Notes under the pieces: model-generated | What the model saw: only the letters and a program-made list of their open reading frames with translations | Databases searched by the model: none | What the model was told of the DNA's origin: nothing | Source: Mobula hypostoma | Taxonomy: Eukaryota | Direction of reading: 5' to 3' | DNA: 64,000 nt | NCBI RefSeq assembly: GCF_963921235.1 | Contig: NC_086118.1 | Coordinates: 13,456,001 to 13,520,000, forward strand | Translations under genes and position numbers: made by a program | In this document: one piece after another, positions 51,360-64,000 of the stretch | Numbering within the stretch: position 1 is the stretch's first letter | Layout: every line of letters starts with the position of its first letter

Positions 51360-52547
51360 CAGGGGTCCCCAACCTTATTTGCGCTGCGGACCGGTTTAAT
51401 ATTGACAATATTCTTGCCGACCGGCCGACCGGGGGCGGGGGGGGGGTGGCGGGGGTAGGGTTGCCAACGGACAAGAGCAGCAGGTAAAAAAGACTACAAT
51501 GACCATGAAGCCTTGCGCGGGCACCAGTGCGCATGCGTGTACCTACCGATATTATTCTCTGCAAATCGTTTTTGGCGATTCTGTTCGGCGGGGGGTGTTC
51601 ATCATGACCGGAATATTGGTAATAAGGGGCTAATACGCTCAATTTCGTTTCTAAAAGGGATTATCTAACGAATTTAATATTACACACACAGCGCCTATTT
51701 TCCTGCATGAATATAGTGATAAGTTGATCATCAGGGGAGGACAGGGAGCTTGAAGTAAGTGTTGAAAGAACTTCCAGTAGAAGTGGTAGAGGCAAGTTCG
51801 ATATTATTTAAAGAAAAATTGGATAGGTATATGGACAGGAAAGGAATGGAGGGGTATGGGCTGAGTGCAGGTCGGTGGGACTAGGTGAGAGTAGCTTTCG
51901 GCATGGACTAGAAGGGCTGAGATCGCCTATTTCCGTGCTGTAATTTTTATATGGTTATATAAGTCACTTACCAGTCAATAGCATCATAACATTTTAAGTA
52001 ACTTTTGGATATTAAACACACAGCACATATTTTCCCCGTATGAACATATAAAATCATTGCAACACACCAGTATCGCTGAATCAGTGGGAGCCCTGGGCTT
52101 GTTTTCCTGAAACAAGACGGTCCTATCAAGGGGTGATGGGAGTCAGTGATACTTGAAGGAGGTTCCTTATGTCCAGTCCATCTAGTTTTCGTTGCATTCA
52201 TTGCAGAGATATGTTAGAAATGGAAGCTACGTTTTCAGTTCTTTCGTGGCTATCTCAGGATATTCAGCCTTGACTTTGATCCAGAATGCCGGCAGAGATG
52301 TTATGTCAAACATACTTTTCAGCCCGTTGTCATTTGCAAGCTCGAGGAGTTGATCTTCTTCCCGCGCTGACATGGATGACGCGCGGGCAATGACCTCGCG
52401 TGTGTTCAAGCTCAACAGTGGGCGTGACAGGGAATGAGGAAAGGTGCAGCTGACTCATATCGCCAAATCATATTGTTTCCTCACGGCCCGGTAGCAAATG
52501 CTCTGCGGCCTGGTACCGGTCCACGGCCCGGTGGTTGGGGACCGCTG
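51360..52547 (-). mobile_element. Non-autonomous hAT (Charlie/Buster-like) transposon, copy 2, carrying a CR1 3' end
   Basis: Same terminal repeats; 8-bp TSD AGTTAGAT (51352-51359 and 52548-52555); SLPAFWIKVKAEYPEIA remnant; extra segment at about 51733-51957. Confidence 0.95.
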
Positions 52548-55259
52548 AGTTAGATGAACCAAACTGCACATTAGGCCTCTAGATCAAAGAAGCTCTGAGT
52601 CCAAACTGTAACATCTTTTAACATATTATCAATTTCACTACCACATAAGACCTCTTCCTTGCCTATAGTTTTTTGATTCACCAGCATCAGCTTTTTGCTG
52701 TTGCCTACTCTTATATAGAACAGCACTTTGACCTATGATGTCTGTGCCAAATATGATGCCAAATTAAAATAATCCTTTCAGCCCAGACATGATCCATATG
52801 CTTCCGTTCCATGCATATATATATATGGCCATGTTTAAGATCCTGTTTAAATGCCACTATTTTATCTGTTTCCACCACCAACCCTGGCAGTGTTTTCCAG
52901 GTATCCAGACCTCTCCAAGTAAAAAATTTGCCCTGCAGACTTCCTTTAAAATTTCCCTTCACCCAGCTTAAATGTTGGACCAGTGGAATTCTAAATTTTC
53001 ATCTACTTCACCCCTACTTTTATGTTGTGTACCTTTTACTCTTTATCTTTTCCCTGTCTTCACTTCAGAAAATGAATTAGCAACCAGTATCCAATAGAAA
53101 CCCACCATATTCCACTCTCTTGAATGCACTTCCTCCCACACTATTTATAGTAGGGATTTCATCGCATTTCATTTACTTGTCTTGGTCACTACTCCAGTCC
53201 CTCACAAACACCAAGAAGGTCATTGGCTTTAGTCACATAAGTGCAACACAATATTCAGGGTCCCTGCCAATCACACCACTCTCCTGACTTGGAAAAATTC
53301 AAAAGTGTCTTTATTATTACTGGATCTCAATCCTGGAACTCTCTTCCCTCCAGAACCCCAAGGCATAGGAGTTTATGGACCAATTGTGAGTAAATGGGAC
53401 TAACACAGAAATATTTGGCATGGCTGTCGTTGGTAGTTATGTGCTGTATGACAACTTGACTCCAACACCATGGGAGCACCTCTGTTTGAAGGGCTGCAGC
53501 AATTCATGAAAACAGCTCGCCACCATTTTTTTTAAATGACAATTACAGATGGCGAAAAATGCTGGTGATATCCACATTCCAAAAAGTGTATAAGTATAAT
53601 TACGCTGCCTGCAGTTTCTTTTTCCATCACCATTTCCAGTGTAGCTCATTTCAGTCAGGTCTTCCTACTTATATCTGCCCTTGATGTACCCTTTGTTACT
53701 CACTATTCTTTTTGTGACCATGCAGTTTTCCTTTGGGTGCTCAAGATTCCCCACACGATTAACTGGTCACTTTAAGTTGCATCAAGCATATTGGTGAGTG
53801 GTCAAATCCAGGGGAATTTGATGGCACATGTGAGAAAAAAAATAGGATTAGTGTAAATGAGTCAGTACAGACTCAGGGGGCTGAATGGCCTGCTTCTATG
53901 ACTCTATGACTCTAAGAATAGCTTGAAGCAGGATCAATGGTTCAATGGTTCCATTTAACATCAGGGGATACAGCATACAACCTGAAATCCTTATTCTTTG
54001 CAGACATCCACAAAACAGGAAAAAAACCCCACAAAGAATGAATGACAGAAACAACATTAGAACCCAAAAATCACCCCTCCCACACACAAGCAGCAGCCCT
54101 CTCCCTTCCCCACTTGCTCCTGCAAGAACAGCAGCAGCCCCCTCTCTCCCCTGCAACAACCACCATGCAATAGTAAAGCCCCCAGAACAGAGCAGGATCT
54201 ATGTTCATCAAAAGCTACACAGAAGTCTTGGTGGTGTGAGAGGGAAATGGGGGATGGTGTTTGGTAACAGTGAGGAGGAGTGATGGGCGGTGGTGAACTT
54301 CACCCAGAATACTGAAGACTGAGCATATCATTCTTTTCTGTGCTCCTGTTATAAATATTTAGACTTAAGAACTGAAAGCTGATGTTTTGCAATTATCATT
54401 TTTGCAAGGGCTGAGGCCTGGGTTTATCTCCTTGGCTTTTTTGACTTGTAAATTTTTTTGAGCTGAGTATTGGCACAGAGGAGCCTGACTTGTTCTACTG
54501 TTTGCTGTGTGACTGCAGTTTTCGAGAAATACTGATGAGGACCGGGTTGTACAGGGTCAAACTGTCAGTGCTCTAACATTTTGCACAATATCTCTGATTC
54601 ACAGTAATTAGTTTTAATTTGTGTGATCTGTTCCTTAACTTCGGCGCTGAGCTTGGCAGCTGGAAAGCTGCTACAAGCCTTAAAATAGTCTTGATTTCCA
54701 GGCTTTTTAAGTTGAGTTAGTGACCTTTCCTGACTGCATGTTATTAAAAGGCAATTCAAACCACAAAACAAATGTGCTCAAGCTGAATGATTAAAATACA
54801 GATACATTGTCATTATCGGATAGAACTTATAAAGTAAATGTCATCATGAACCAATTCATTTGTGGACAATTTTAGAGCACCAAAGTACTTTCATGTGATT
54901 TACACTAATTTACGTTATTTTATACTCTCGGGATATGGTCTCCTGCATTTAACACCCATTCCTCATAACCCTGAGATACAGCATGTTGGGCACATTTCAG
55001 AGATAATTATGTTTGTGTAGGTCTCGTGTCAAGTCTAGAGATGGGATCAAATCTGCAGGTTCCTCTCTGGAGGACATTAAAGAATTGCCTGTGTGTTACT
55101 TCAGTCTGTAAGCATTGCATTCAGTTTTACAGACATTATCATTTCATTCTGAGGTAATTTAAAATTCAATATTTGAATCACTATGATGCACATTACCCTC
55201 TGGATGATGGGTTCACTTTAGTCCTGCACTCTAAATGTGAATACCTGCAATTTTTTTCC

Positions 55260-55680
55260 AGGTCCTGAATTTTTGCATTTCTTCACCGCCTCATCAAGAT
55301 TGCCTCTCCGCTCGCCATTCCCCATTCTTTTTATTTGTCCTTCTTCCTCAAATCTACTGTTATATCTGGTGAACTGCCTGAAGTTTACTATAGATGTCTT
55401 CTTCTACATTGTGTAGCTTTACATAAAGCACTCTAGGGCAATGGTCATAGCTTTAAAGTTATTGAACATGAAGGCATTTATCTCCAAATATTTTTGTGCA
55501 GCATAACTTTCCATTTAAACACTCCTTATTTTTTAAAAATATTCCCTTCACAGATTTATTGATACTTATCTTTTGAAATGATGATTTAATTTTACTTCAG
55601 TCATGCCATATGATAAAGTATCCCAGATGAAAATTCTTTCTTTTTCATTCCTATTTATTGAATAGAGTGAAAATCCTTGC
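55260..55680 (-). mobile_element. Possible L1/Tx1 ORF1 remnant
   Basis: PRVLYVKLH and PDITVDLRKK resemble L1-type ORF1 motifs. Confidence 0.4.
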
Positions 55681-55760
55681 TTATGTTTGTTTTATTCCCT
55701 ATGTGCCTTTTGATGGAAATAAATAATAATAGTAATAATAATAATACAAATAAATAATAA

Positions 55761-56569
55761 CAATCTGAGCAGACTAGATGTCAACAAGAAAGTGTCGAAT
55801 GCTTAGCTCAGAGTTGGAGACTTCTGCCCAGAAACAGAAGGGTTCCTTGGTTCCTTGTGGCAATACAGGACCAGGTGGTTAAAATAAAGAGAATGTTCAA
55901 AAATGAATTATAAAAGACCAACAAATTCAACTTGATATCTGTAGAAAATGCCAAAAAAACCTGAAACAATCCAACACATTACAGAATCCTGTAGCAGTTT
56001 AACTCAATCTGATTACTTGTGCAGGCTCAGTCAAGTGGCAAACATCATTCATCAAAATCTTGCTTTAAAGTATAAACTCATGAATGAAATCACACCTTAT
56101 TATAAATATAAACCTGATCCAGTTTTGCAGTCAGAATACCACAAATTATATTATGACTGTTCCATTATTACAGATAGGACAATCTATAATAAACATCCAG
56201 ATAGAATAATATAGGATAAACAAGCAAGAACAACTTATTTAATGGATATAGCAATTCCAAACACACATAACTTACAGAAATCAATAAGTGAAAAGCACCA
56301 GAAATATTAAGTAAAAGAGGAAATTGAAAGCCATTGGAACATGATCAGGTATACATTGGCCTGATAGTAATATCTACAACCGGTATCAACCCAAAGGCAC
56401 TACACAATAACATTAAACAATTAGGGTTACACAGTAATACCTATGTAAATCTTTAGAAAGTCACAATACAAAACACCACTAGACTAGTCTGACAGTTCCT
56501 AGCAGTTGACAAATCAGCGTGCTTGGCTATGCCCATACCTCAGGTTTTACCAGCTTGACCTGAGAAAAA
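55761..56569 (+). mobile_element. R4/Dong-clade LINE 3' fragment (CCHC plus restriction-like endonuclease)
   Basis: PETEGF..AIQDQV, CRKC..PETIQHITESC, IITDRTIYNKHPD, YLMDIAIP; flanked by TAA-rich tracts. Confidence 0.85.
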
Positions 56570-56584
56570 AATAATAGTAATAAC

Positions 56585-56850
56585 TTATTTACTTACAGCA
56601 AGGAATAGACCCACCCTGCCCATCGAGCCACCCCACCCCACAATCCCAATTAACCCTAAACTAATCACAGGTCAATTTACAATGGCCAATTAAGCTACAG
56701 TCCTTGGACTGAGGAGGGAAATTGGAGGACTCAGAGAAAACCATTGTGTTCAAGGGGTGGACATACAGAGACGTCTTACAGAACGGTGCCAGAATTGAAC
56801 TCTGATCTCCAGAAAGCTGTAAAAGAATCGTACAAACTGCTACACAACCA
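56585..56850 (-). mobile_element. V-SINE
   Basis: Reverse-strand V-domain and TGTAAATTGACC block. Confidence 0.65.
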
Positions 56851-56904
56851 TTTTTAGAATACTTTTCATACAGGCAATGTGTTTTACAATGGGATGAAGT
56901 GCAA

Positions 56905-59480
56905 GCATGAAAATAAAAGATAAAAATACATTTGTTAAAAACAAGGTTAAATAAGTAGGTTTTGAAATAATGTTTAAAAGTGTCAGCTGACTCTGCACCT
57001 CTCATAGATTTAGGTATTAAATTCCACAGTTTAGGGCCATAGTTCGTAAAAGCTAACTTGCCAATTATCTTTTGAGGGAGACTGTTTAAATATAAAGAGA
57101 CCGGTGGAAGAAGACCTGAGATTAAAAATCTAAAGGGACTCTTTGGTCCCAGACCACTGAGAGCTTTAAAAACATGCGAGAGATCTTTAAAATCAATTCT
57201 AAAATATACCAGAAGCCAATTCAGAGTAGATAGGATGGGACTGATATGCTCCTTCATCCTGGTTTTAATTGAAAGTCTAACAGCAGCATTTAGAAGGAGT
57301 TGAAGTTTGTCAGCAGCTTGCTTTGGACGGCCAGTAAATAGTGCACTGCAGTAATATAGTCTATTCAATATACCCCCGGGTGCCTGAGAGGGGAGGAGGG
57401 TGAGCACCCCAGTCGGACGGACACAACGGCATCAGACCCAGGCAACGAACAAACGACTATGACAAAGCAGTGTGAATGTGGCAAAATCTGCAAGAACAAT
57501 CACGGCTTGAAGATCCACCAAGTGAGGATGAAGTGTCTGGAGGGAGCAGGAGCGGCACAACGCACAGGTGTCCAACCTGGTGAGACAAAGGAGGGGCCAG
57601 GCCCGGAGTCACCCCATAGTGCCCGGAACCTCCAAGTGTTGCAAACTAATCCCTCTAACATCAAGTTTAACAGGAGGTGGATCAAGTGGCCTGCAGCTAA
57701 CATGACTTCACTGTGCAAGCAGTTTGATCAAGATGTCAACCAAATTCTAGAGGCAACAGCGAAGGGAGGGGTCGATAGGAAGCTGCAAGCCATGACAACA
57801 ATCATTGTCAGCATCATAGCTGAACGGTTAGGAGAAGAGGAGAAGAAAGGCTCCAAAACACCTTACTCGAAGAACCAAAGAGCGTTGAGGAACCACAACA
57901 TCAGGCAGGAGATGAAAGCGCTGAAGTCCCAATACAAGGAGGCAGGAGAAGAGGACCGCCTGGGCTTGGGCCAGCTGATGTGCATACTACGAAAGAAGAT
58001 GAGGGTCTTCTGCCGGGCAGAGTGGCATCGGCGTCGTGAAAGGGCCCGAAAACATGCTGCCTTTATCGCCAACCCCTTCAAGTTCACCAAGGAGTTGCTG
58101 GGAGGGAAGCGCAGTGGGAAACTGGCCTGGTCACAGGAAGACATAGACCAACATCTGAAGAAGATATATAATGATCCTGAAAGAGAGCAGGAGTTGGGAG
58201 AGGGCGACATCCTAATAGACCCACTTGAACCAGATGTGCAGTTCGACATGTCAGAGTTGCAACTAAAGGAAGTCAGAGAGGTCATCCGCAAAACAAGGGC
58301 AAGCTCGGCTCCAGGACCAAGCAACACCTCGTACGAAGTGTACAAGAACTGCCTAAACTCCTGCTGCGTCTGTGGAAGATCCTGAGAATCTTCTGGAGAA
58401 GGGGGAAGATCCCAGTGGAGAGCGGCTGAAGGGGTGTGGATCCCGAAGGAGGAAAATGCCACCCAGATAGACCAGTTTCACATCATCTCCCTGCTGTGTG
58501 TCGAGGCGAAGATCTTCTTCAGTGCCGTTTCCAATCAGCTGTGCACCTATCTAGCAAAGAATACCTATATTGATACATCAGTCCAGAAGGGTGGCATTTC
58601 GGGGATGCCGGGCTGTCTGGAGCACATCGGTGTGGTGACACAGCTCATCAGGGAGGCCAGAGAGAACAAGGGCAACCTGTCAGTGTTGTGGCTCGACCTG
58701 GCAAATGCATATGGCCCATTCCGCACAAGCTGGTGTACCTCACACTGACCAAACAACACGTCCCCAGCAAAATCAGAGACCTTATCGCTGATTATTACAG
58801 CAACTTCAGGGTGAGGGTCTGTTCAGGAGCAAGTACATCAACCTGGCACAAGGTGGAGATCAGCATCATCACAGGGTGCACTATCTCAGTGACACTGTTC
58901 TCCCTAGCCATGAACATGCTCATTAAGTCTGCTGAACCAGAGTGCAGAGGGCCCAGAATGAATTCTGCTCAATGGCAACTACCCATCAGGGCATTCATGG
59001 ATGACCTCACAGTCACCACAGAATCAGTCCCAGGCTGCCGGAGGATTCCAAGTTTATCAAGAAGTTTATCTCAATTGCCCTTGGGACTAACCAGAAGTAT
59101 TTCAGTTTTATCTTCAGTTAGTTGTAAGAAATTATTGCTCATCAAATTGTTTATTGCAGCCATGCCAGAAGTCAGAGAAGATAAAATGTTACCATCATCA
59201 GGCTCAACCAACATATACAATTGTGTGTCATCTGCATAACTGTGCAAATCAAGTTTATGCTGCCTAATGACGTCTCCGAAGGGGAGCATGCATAAAGAGG
59301 AAAGTAATGGACCAAGACAGCTTCCCCGAGCAACACCAAAAGGTACATCGTATCTCTTAGAAAATTGGTTTCCAAGACAGACAAACAATTTTCTCTCTAA
59401 AATATATGAGCAAAACCAATTAAGGGCACTACCAGAGAGCCGAACCAAATTCTCAAGGCAATCTAGTTCACACACTGCTT
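56905..59480 (-). mobile_element. L2 LINE remnant interrupted by the HERO-like element
   Basis: GSALNWFCSY..GVARGSCLGPLL..HSYADDTQLY..KTEILL (59046-59480) and RLYYCSAL..KLQLLLNAAVR..EHISPIL..FRIDFK (56905-57368). Confidence 0.88.
57370..59045 (+). mobile_element. HERO-like (R2 group) LINE, 5' half: zinc finger plus RT, frameshifted
   Basis: CECGKICKNNHGLKIHQVRMKC; SAPGPS; WIPKEE..IISLL; VQKGG..GCLEH; WLDLANAYG; GCTISVTLF; RAFMDDL; ends abruptly just after the DD motif. Confidence 0.88.
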
Positions 59481-59484
59481 AGGA

Positions 59485-59960
59485 ATCAGGATGCTGCAGG
59501 GGATAAGATGACTCCAAGGTCAGCAGAGCAGTGTTCTCCTGTGCTATCAGGAATGCAAAGCAAAAGCACTCACAGAAAATACACAGACACCTTTGTGACA
59601 GCAGGGACGCACAGCGCATGTGAAAAGATATGCAGAATATAACAGATTACCTGTCTGTCCTGTGTGTCAACAACACCTACATCTCCCTTCCTGATAAACT
59701 GAATGCCTTCTATGCATGGTTTGATGAAATGAATGATGTGACATTAAGGGAAACCCCCACTTGCCCTGACTAACAGGCACCTTCTCTGGCTGCAGCTGAG
59801 GTGAGGAGCATCCTACCCAGGGTAAACCCATGCGAAGCTGGACAACATACCTGGTCAGGTGCTGAGGCCCGGCTAACAGAGGTCTTAACGGACATCTTTA
59901 ACATCTCTTTGCAATCGTTCATCGTCCCTGCAGGTTTCAAGGCAGCCACCATCGTTCCAG
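59485..59960 (+). mobile_element. Rex1/Babar RT-proximal fragment
   Basis: LPDKLNAFYAWF; LTEVLTDIFNISL..VPAGFKAATIVPV. Confidence 0.8.
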
Positions 59961-59961
59961 T

Positions 59962-61095
59962 GGGCAGCAAAATGGCAGAAGGAGCTTAACCTAAATGAAT
60001 GTGAGATGTTGCATCTTCGTAGGGCAAATGCAAAGAGAAAGCACACGGTTAAGGGCAAGATCCTCAACAGTGGACTCTCTCGCGGTGGTGTCTGAAAAGA
60101 GGATGCTGTCCAAGTTGCACACCATCTTGGACAATGTCTCCCATCCACTACATAATGTACTGGTTGGGCACAGGAGTACATTCAGCCAGAGACTCATTCC
60201 ACCGAGATGCAACACAGAGCGTCATAGGAAGTCATTCCTGCCTGTGGCCATCAAACTTTACAACTCCTCCCTTGGAGGGTCAGATACCCTGAGCCAGTAG
60301 GCTGGTTCTGGACTTATTTCCTGGCATAATTTACACATTATTATTTAATTATTTATGGTTTTATATTGCTATATTTATACTCTGTTCTTGGTTGGTGCAA
60401 CTGTAACGAAACCAAATTTCCCTCGGGATCAATAAAGTATGACTATGACTATGAGTGTTGCTCAGCTTAGGATCCAAGTTTGATAAAGTAGTTAAGAAGG
60501 TTTATGGGATGTTTGCTTTCTTTTATTACTCAAGGCACTGAGTTTATAAGTTAAAAGGTTATGTGGCAACTTTAAAAAACTCTGGCTATCTCTGGAATAT
60601 TGCATGCAGTTCTGGTCACCCGACAATAGGAAGGATGTTGAGGCTTTGGAAAGAGTGCAGAAGAGGTTTATCAGGTTTAGAGGGCATGTGCTATCTTGAG
60701 AGGCTGGATAAACTTGGGTTGTTTTCTCTGGAGCAGCAGAGGCTGAGAGGAGATCCGATAAATGTTTATAAGATTATGAGGGGCATAAGTAGAGTAAACA
60801 GGGGGTGTCTGTTTCCCAGGACTGAAATGTCTAATACCAGAGGGCATGCATTGGAAGTGAGAGGAGGAAAGTTCAGGAGAGATGTGAGGGGTAAGTTTCA
60901 CTGTCTGGTATGGTGATAGAGGCTTTTCAGAGACGTTTCGATAGGCTCGGGGATGTAAGGAAGATGGAGGGACATGAACATTGTGTAGGTAGGAGGGATT
61001 AGTATTTGGGTGTTTTTGATCTGCTTTTTAGCTGGTTTGGCACAACATTGTCAGCTGGGTGGCCTGTTCCTGTGCTATACCGTTCTATGTTCTAT
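59962..61095 (+). mobile_element. Degenerate CR1 3' portion
   Basis: LERLDKLGLFSLEQQRLRGD..TRGHAL; TTCTATGTTCTAT tail. Confidence 0.85.
60073..60453 (+). mobile_element. Rex1/Babar 3' fragment nested in CR1
   Basis: ILDNVSHPLH..CNTERHRKSFLPVAIKLYN; AATAAA plus (TATGAC)n tail; TSD AGTG. Confidence 0.85.
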
Positions 61096-61158
61096 AAGCC
61101 AGGACGTTGTTCATTGACCAGCTCACTTAACACAGTCATCTCTTAGAAAGTGCCAGGT

Positions 61159-61222
61159 AAACTGTTTTTGTTAGGGCTGTCTGTAATAGGAAACTGTTTT
61201 TGTTGGGGCTGTCTGTAAAGGG
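61159..61222 (+). repeat. 32-bp tandem duplication
   Basis: AAACTGTTTTTGTT(A/G)GGGCTGTCTGTAA..GG twice. Confidence 0.9.
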
Positions 61223-61449
61223 AACTTGGGATTGAACAGTATCTGCCCACAAATCAGCTCTGGGTCTCAAGAGCCCTGAAATTAATGGGAAAGCTTCAAT
61301 CTCTGAAGATGGCAAACTTCCAAAAGAGCTTTCATCAAGCCTTACGCATTATTGTTACAATAATTGGTGCATTGAATAGTTACATATGTTCAGAATGTAT
61401 TTTGCTGCTCTGTTCAGGACTGATCGTCTTACATATTTGTAATGAAATT

Positions 61450-61760
61450 TATTTATTTATTGAGATACAACATGGAATAGGCCATTCCAGCATTTCAAGC
61501 ACTGATGCCTAGCAACCCCCAAGATAAAGCTAGCCTAATCATGGGACAATTTACAATGATCAATTAATCTACCAACTGGTATGCCTTTGGATTATGGGAG
61601 GAAACCAGAGCACCTGGAGGAAACCCACGAAGTGACAAGCAGAATGTACAAAATCTTTACAAACTTATGTACAAACTCCTTACAAACTGATTATGGGAAT
61701 TGAACCCATATCATTGGTATTGTAAAGTGTTGTGCTAACCACAATGCCTCTGTGCCACCC
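61450..61760 (-). mobile_element. V-SINE
   Basis: Plus strand GGGAGGAAACCAGAGCACCTGGAGGAAACCCAC is the reverse V-domain. Confidence 0.75.
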
Positions 61761-64000
61761 ATATTTCTAAATTACTAGGAAGGTTGGCAAGGAAACAACT
61801 TGATGAGTTAAAGTAAAATGAAACCGATAATGATGAAAACACTCAGTAAAGCAGATAACATCCATAGAGAAAGAACCTGAGTTAAAAGTTTCAAGTTGAT
61901 GATGTTTTGTTAAAATCTATCACTAGTGTAGAGCCGGTATTCTCTGTTTTATTTCAGATTTCCAAAATTTCTAGTATTTTACTTATTTACTTATTCATTC
62001 ACAGGATGTGGACATCACCAGCAAAGCCAGAGTTTGTTATTCATCCCTAATTGTTTTTGAACTGTGGAGGCAATTTTGAGACAAACGTATTTAAATGACA
62101 CGTAGAAGAACAAGATTTTTTTAAAGGAACAAATAGGAGTTTCCTTATTGGATAATGCTGTAACCGTTTTAGACTTGGCTAGATGATAGTGAAAGAGAAA
62201 TTTAAGTCAGTTATTTAGACATTCACTCCCAAAACTCCAAATAAATACATAGAAAAAATAGCTCTCTCACATTACATGCCAGACCACAAAGAGTTAATTC
62301 CGTCAGGGCAGCTGACACATATGCAGTATGGGTGGATTAATTTAAATTATGTATTTTAATGATGTATGCCTATGACTACAAGCTTCTGGCCATCTCCGTT
62401 TTCAACTATAATTGACACCAATAACAGGCATAATACCTCATCCAAATTAATGAAGTCCAAGGAAAAAGCAGCTCATGAACTAGCTGAATTAGCCCCTCTC
62501 AAATAAAACAATTATGTTTAAGATAGGTGCCTCTAATGCATTGGTATAATTTGTGAAGGTGAAGTGTGGTTCATGGGGCTGGCTGATAGGGGGTGGTGAG
62601 AAAGGCTTTTATGGTAAGGACAAGGAAGGGAAATCGATTCTTATACAGCAGGTAAAATCTCTCTGAATGATCTAGATCAGACATGGATATGCTCCCTGGT
62701 AATGTGGAAGATACTACTTTGTAGGTTAAATATTAAAGTAAACTGTTTGAGCGGGACTGTGGGCTTTAATTGATGATCACGTGATGGTGAACACCTAGAC
62801 AGCTGGAAGCTACTTCATAGAGGTTAAGAGGCAATGCTAATTCCCTAGTCACTGGATGGCTTGATGCTTGAATTCCATAATTGGCTGGACTTCCTGTTGA
62901 GTTGCCACTTCTTAGTGAATGGCTGAGGCATCACAAGTTGACAGAGTCTTGGGGTCAAATGAATAACTCTTGAGAAGTGCCAGGCTAGTTGTCATGATAG
63001 AGAATGCGTGGCAATAACCTCCCAACTCCTCTCACCCCTGTTATAGATGGTTAACAGGAAAATCAAGCCTTTTTCTCCCTAAGCAAGTAATTCTTAGCAA
63101 TTAGATTTTCAAGGCAGGAGAAGCAACTTACCTGCAGAGATATTCCTGGTAAGAGAGCATTGAAATAACTGGAACTTGCTTTTATCTATGAATAAACAGT
63201 ATGCACCTTCAGTGGGGCATAAACTGCATGCTGTAATGTGATGCTTCATTAGAAATCGTAAGCTGACTCCAAGACCCTGGCTACCTGTGCTGTCACACAT
63301 TCTCCCTCTATCCGTTCACTGAGAAATAACACCAGCGAACATCCAGCCAATTAAGGAAAACAAGTATTGTGCCATTCACGAGGGCATTAGCAGTGCCACT
63401 TTATCATCACATCTCCAGGTAAAAATGGCATCCAGCCATTTGTTACCTCATTAAATTTCACAGAATACTCTGAAGTCAAATCATTTTAGTCACAAGATTT
63501 TCTCATCCACTCCAATCTCACTGTCATTCTCCAGCATTATAAATGCCACTAAAAATGCTAGTGAAACTCTTTGGCAGCACTAATTAACTCTGAACGAGGT
63601 GGAACTTCATTACTTCAAGATTAAATGGTTGTTGGGACTTTTAAAAACATATTTTAAATTTCTCATGCAAAATAAATGCAAGAACTGAACATATGGGGGT
63701 AGAGGCAAAACGAATCCATGGGGAGGTACAATTAGATGCCTTACAATCTCAAAATTTGGTCAGTTATCTGAAGATTTCTATACTAAAGAGCATGAAAACT
63801 ATCCAGAAAACTTTCCATTTTGGTTTTGCTGCTACTCCACTATTTTACTGCCTGAATATCCATCATGATTACATTGATCAATGCTCATAAGATTAGTCAC
63901 TTTGCCTTCTTTATCTCCGTAAGCTCCTTCAACTATTAAACTTTGTATCTTCAATTCTGAAATGAAATGTCACACTGAAATGTTATTTTAGTTAATTTTC

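Noticed and set aside
55251..55262. Strong splice acceptor TTTTTTTCCAG suggesting a host exon
   Set aside because: No convincing downstream exon or donor, and the region resembles antisense L1 ORF1

Overview
This is eukaryotic, repeat-dense, non-genic (intergenic or intronic) DNA. I found no host exon, rRNA, true tRNA or CRISPR array that I can support. The repeat landscape (abundant CR1 and Rex1/Babar LINEs, V-SINEs, short hammerhead-bearing Penelope-type elements) suggests a cartilaginous fish, probably a ray; this is inference only. Nearly all long ORFs come from transposons. Main elements: (1) a complete-ended but pol-eroded Gmr1-like Gypsy LTR element (44064-48983) with an ACGT target-site duplication (TSD), tRNA-Pro primer-binding site and polypurine tract; (2) a young CR1 with about 680 open codons nested in a Rex1 LINE; (3) a Penelope GIY-YIG fragment whose hammerhead-like motif is split by a 1.5-kb solo LTR; (4) tiny hammerhead-bearing fold-back insertions; (5) a palindromic mariner MITE made of two transposase 3' ends; (6) two non-autonomous Charlie/Buster hAT copies, one carrying a CR1 tail; (7) an R4/Dong LINE in a TAA tract and a HERO-like LINE inside an L2; (8) RTE, I/Nimb and L1 remnants and several SINEs. 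Family names come from motif recognition by eye, not database searches. Boundaries without a TSD are approximate.
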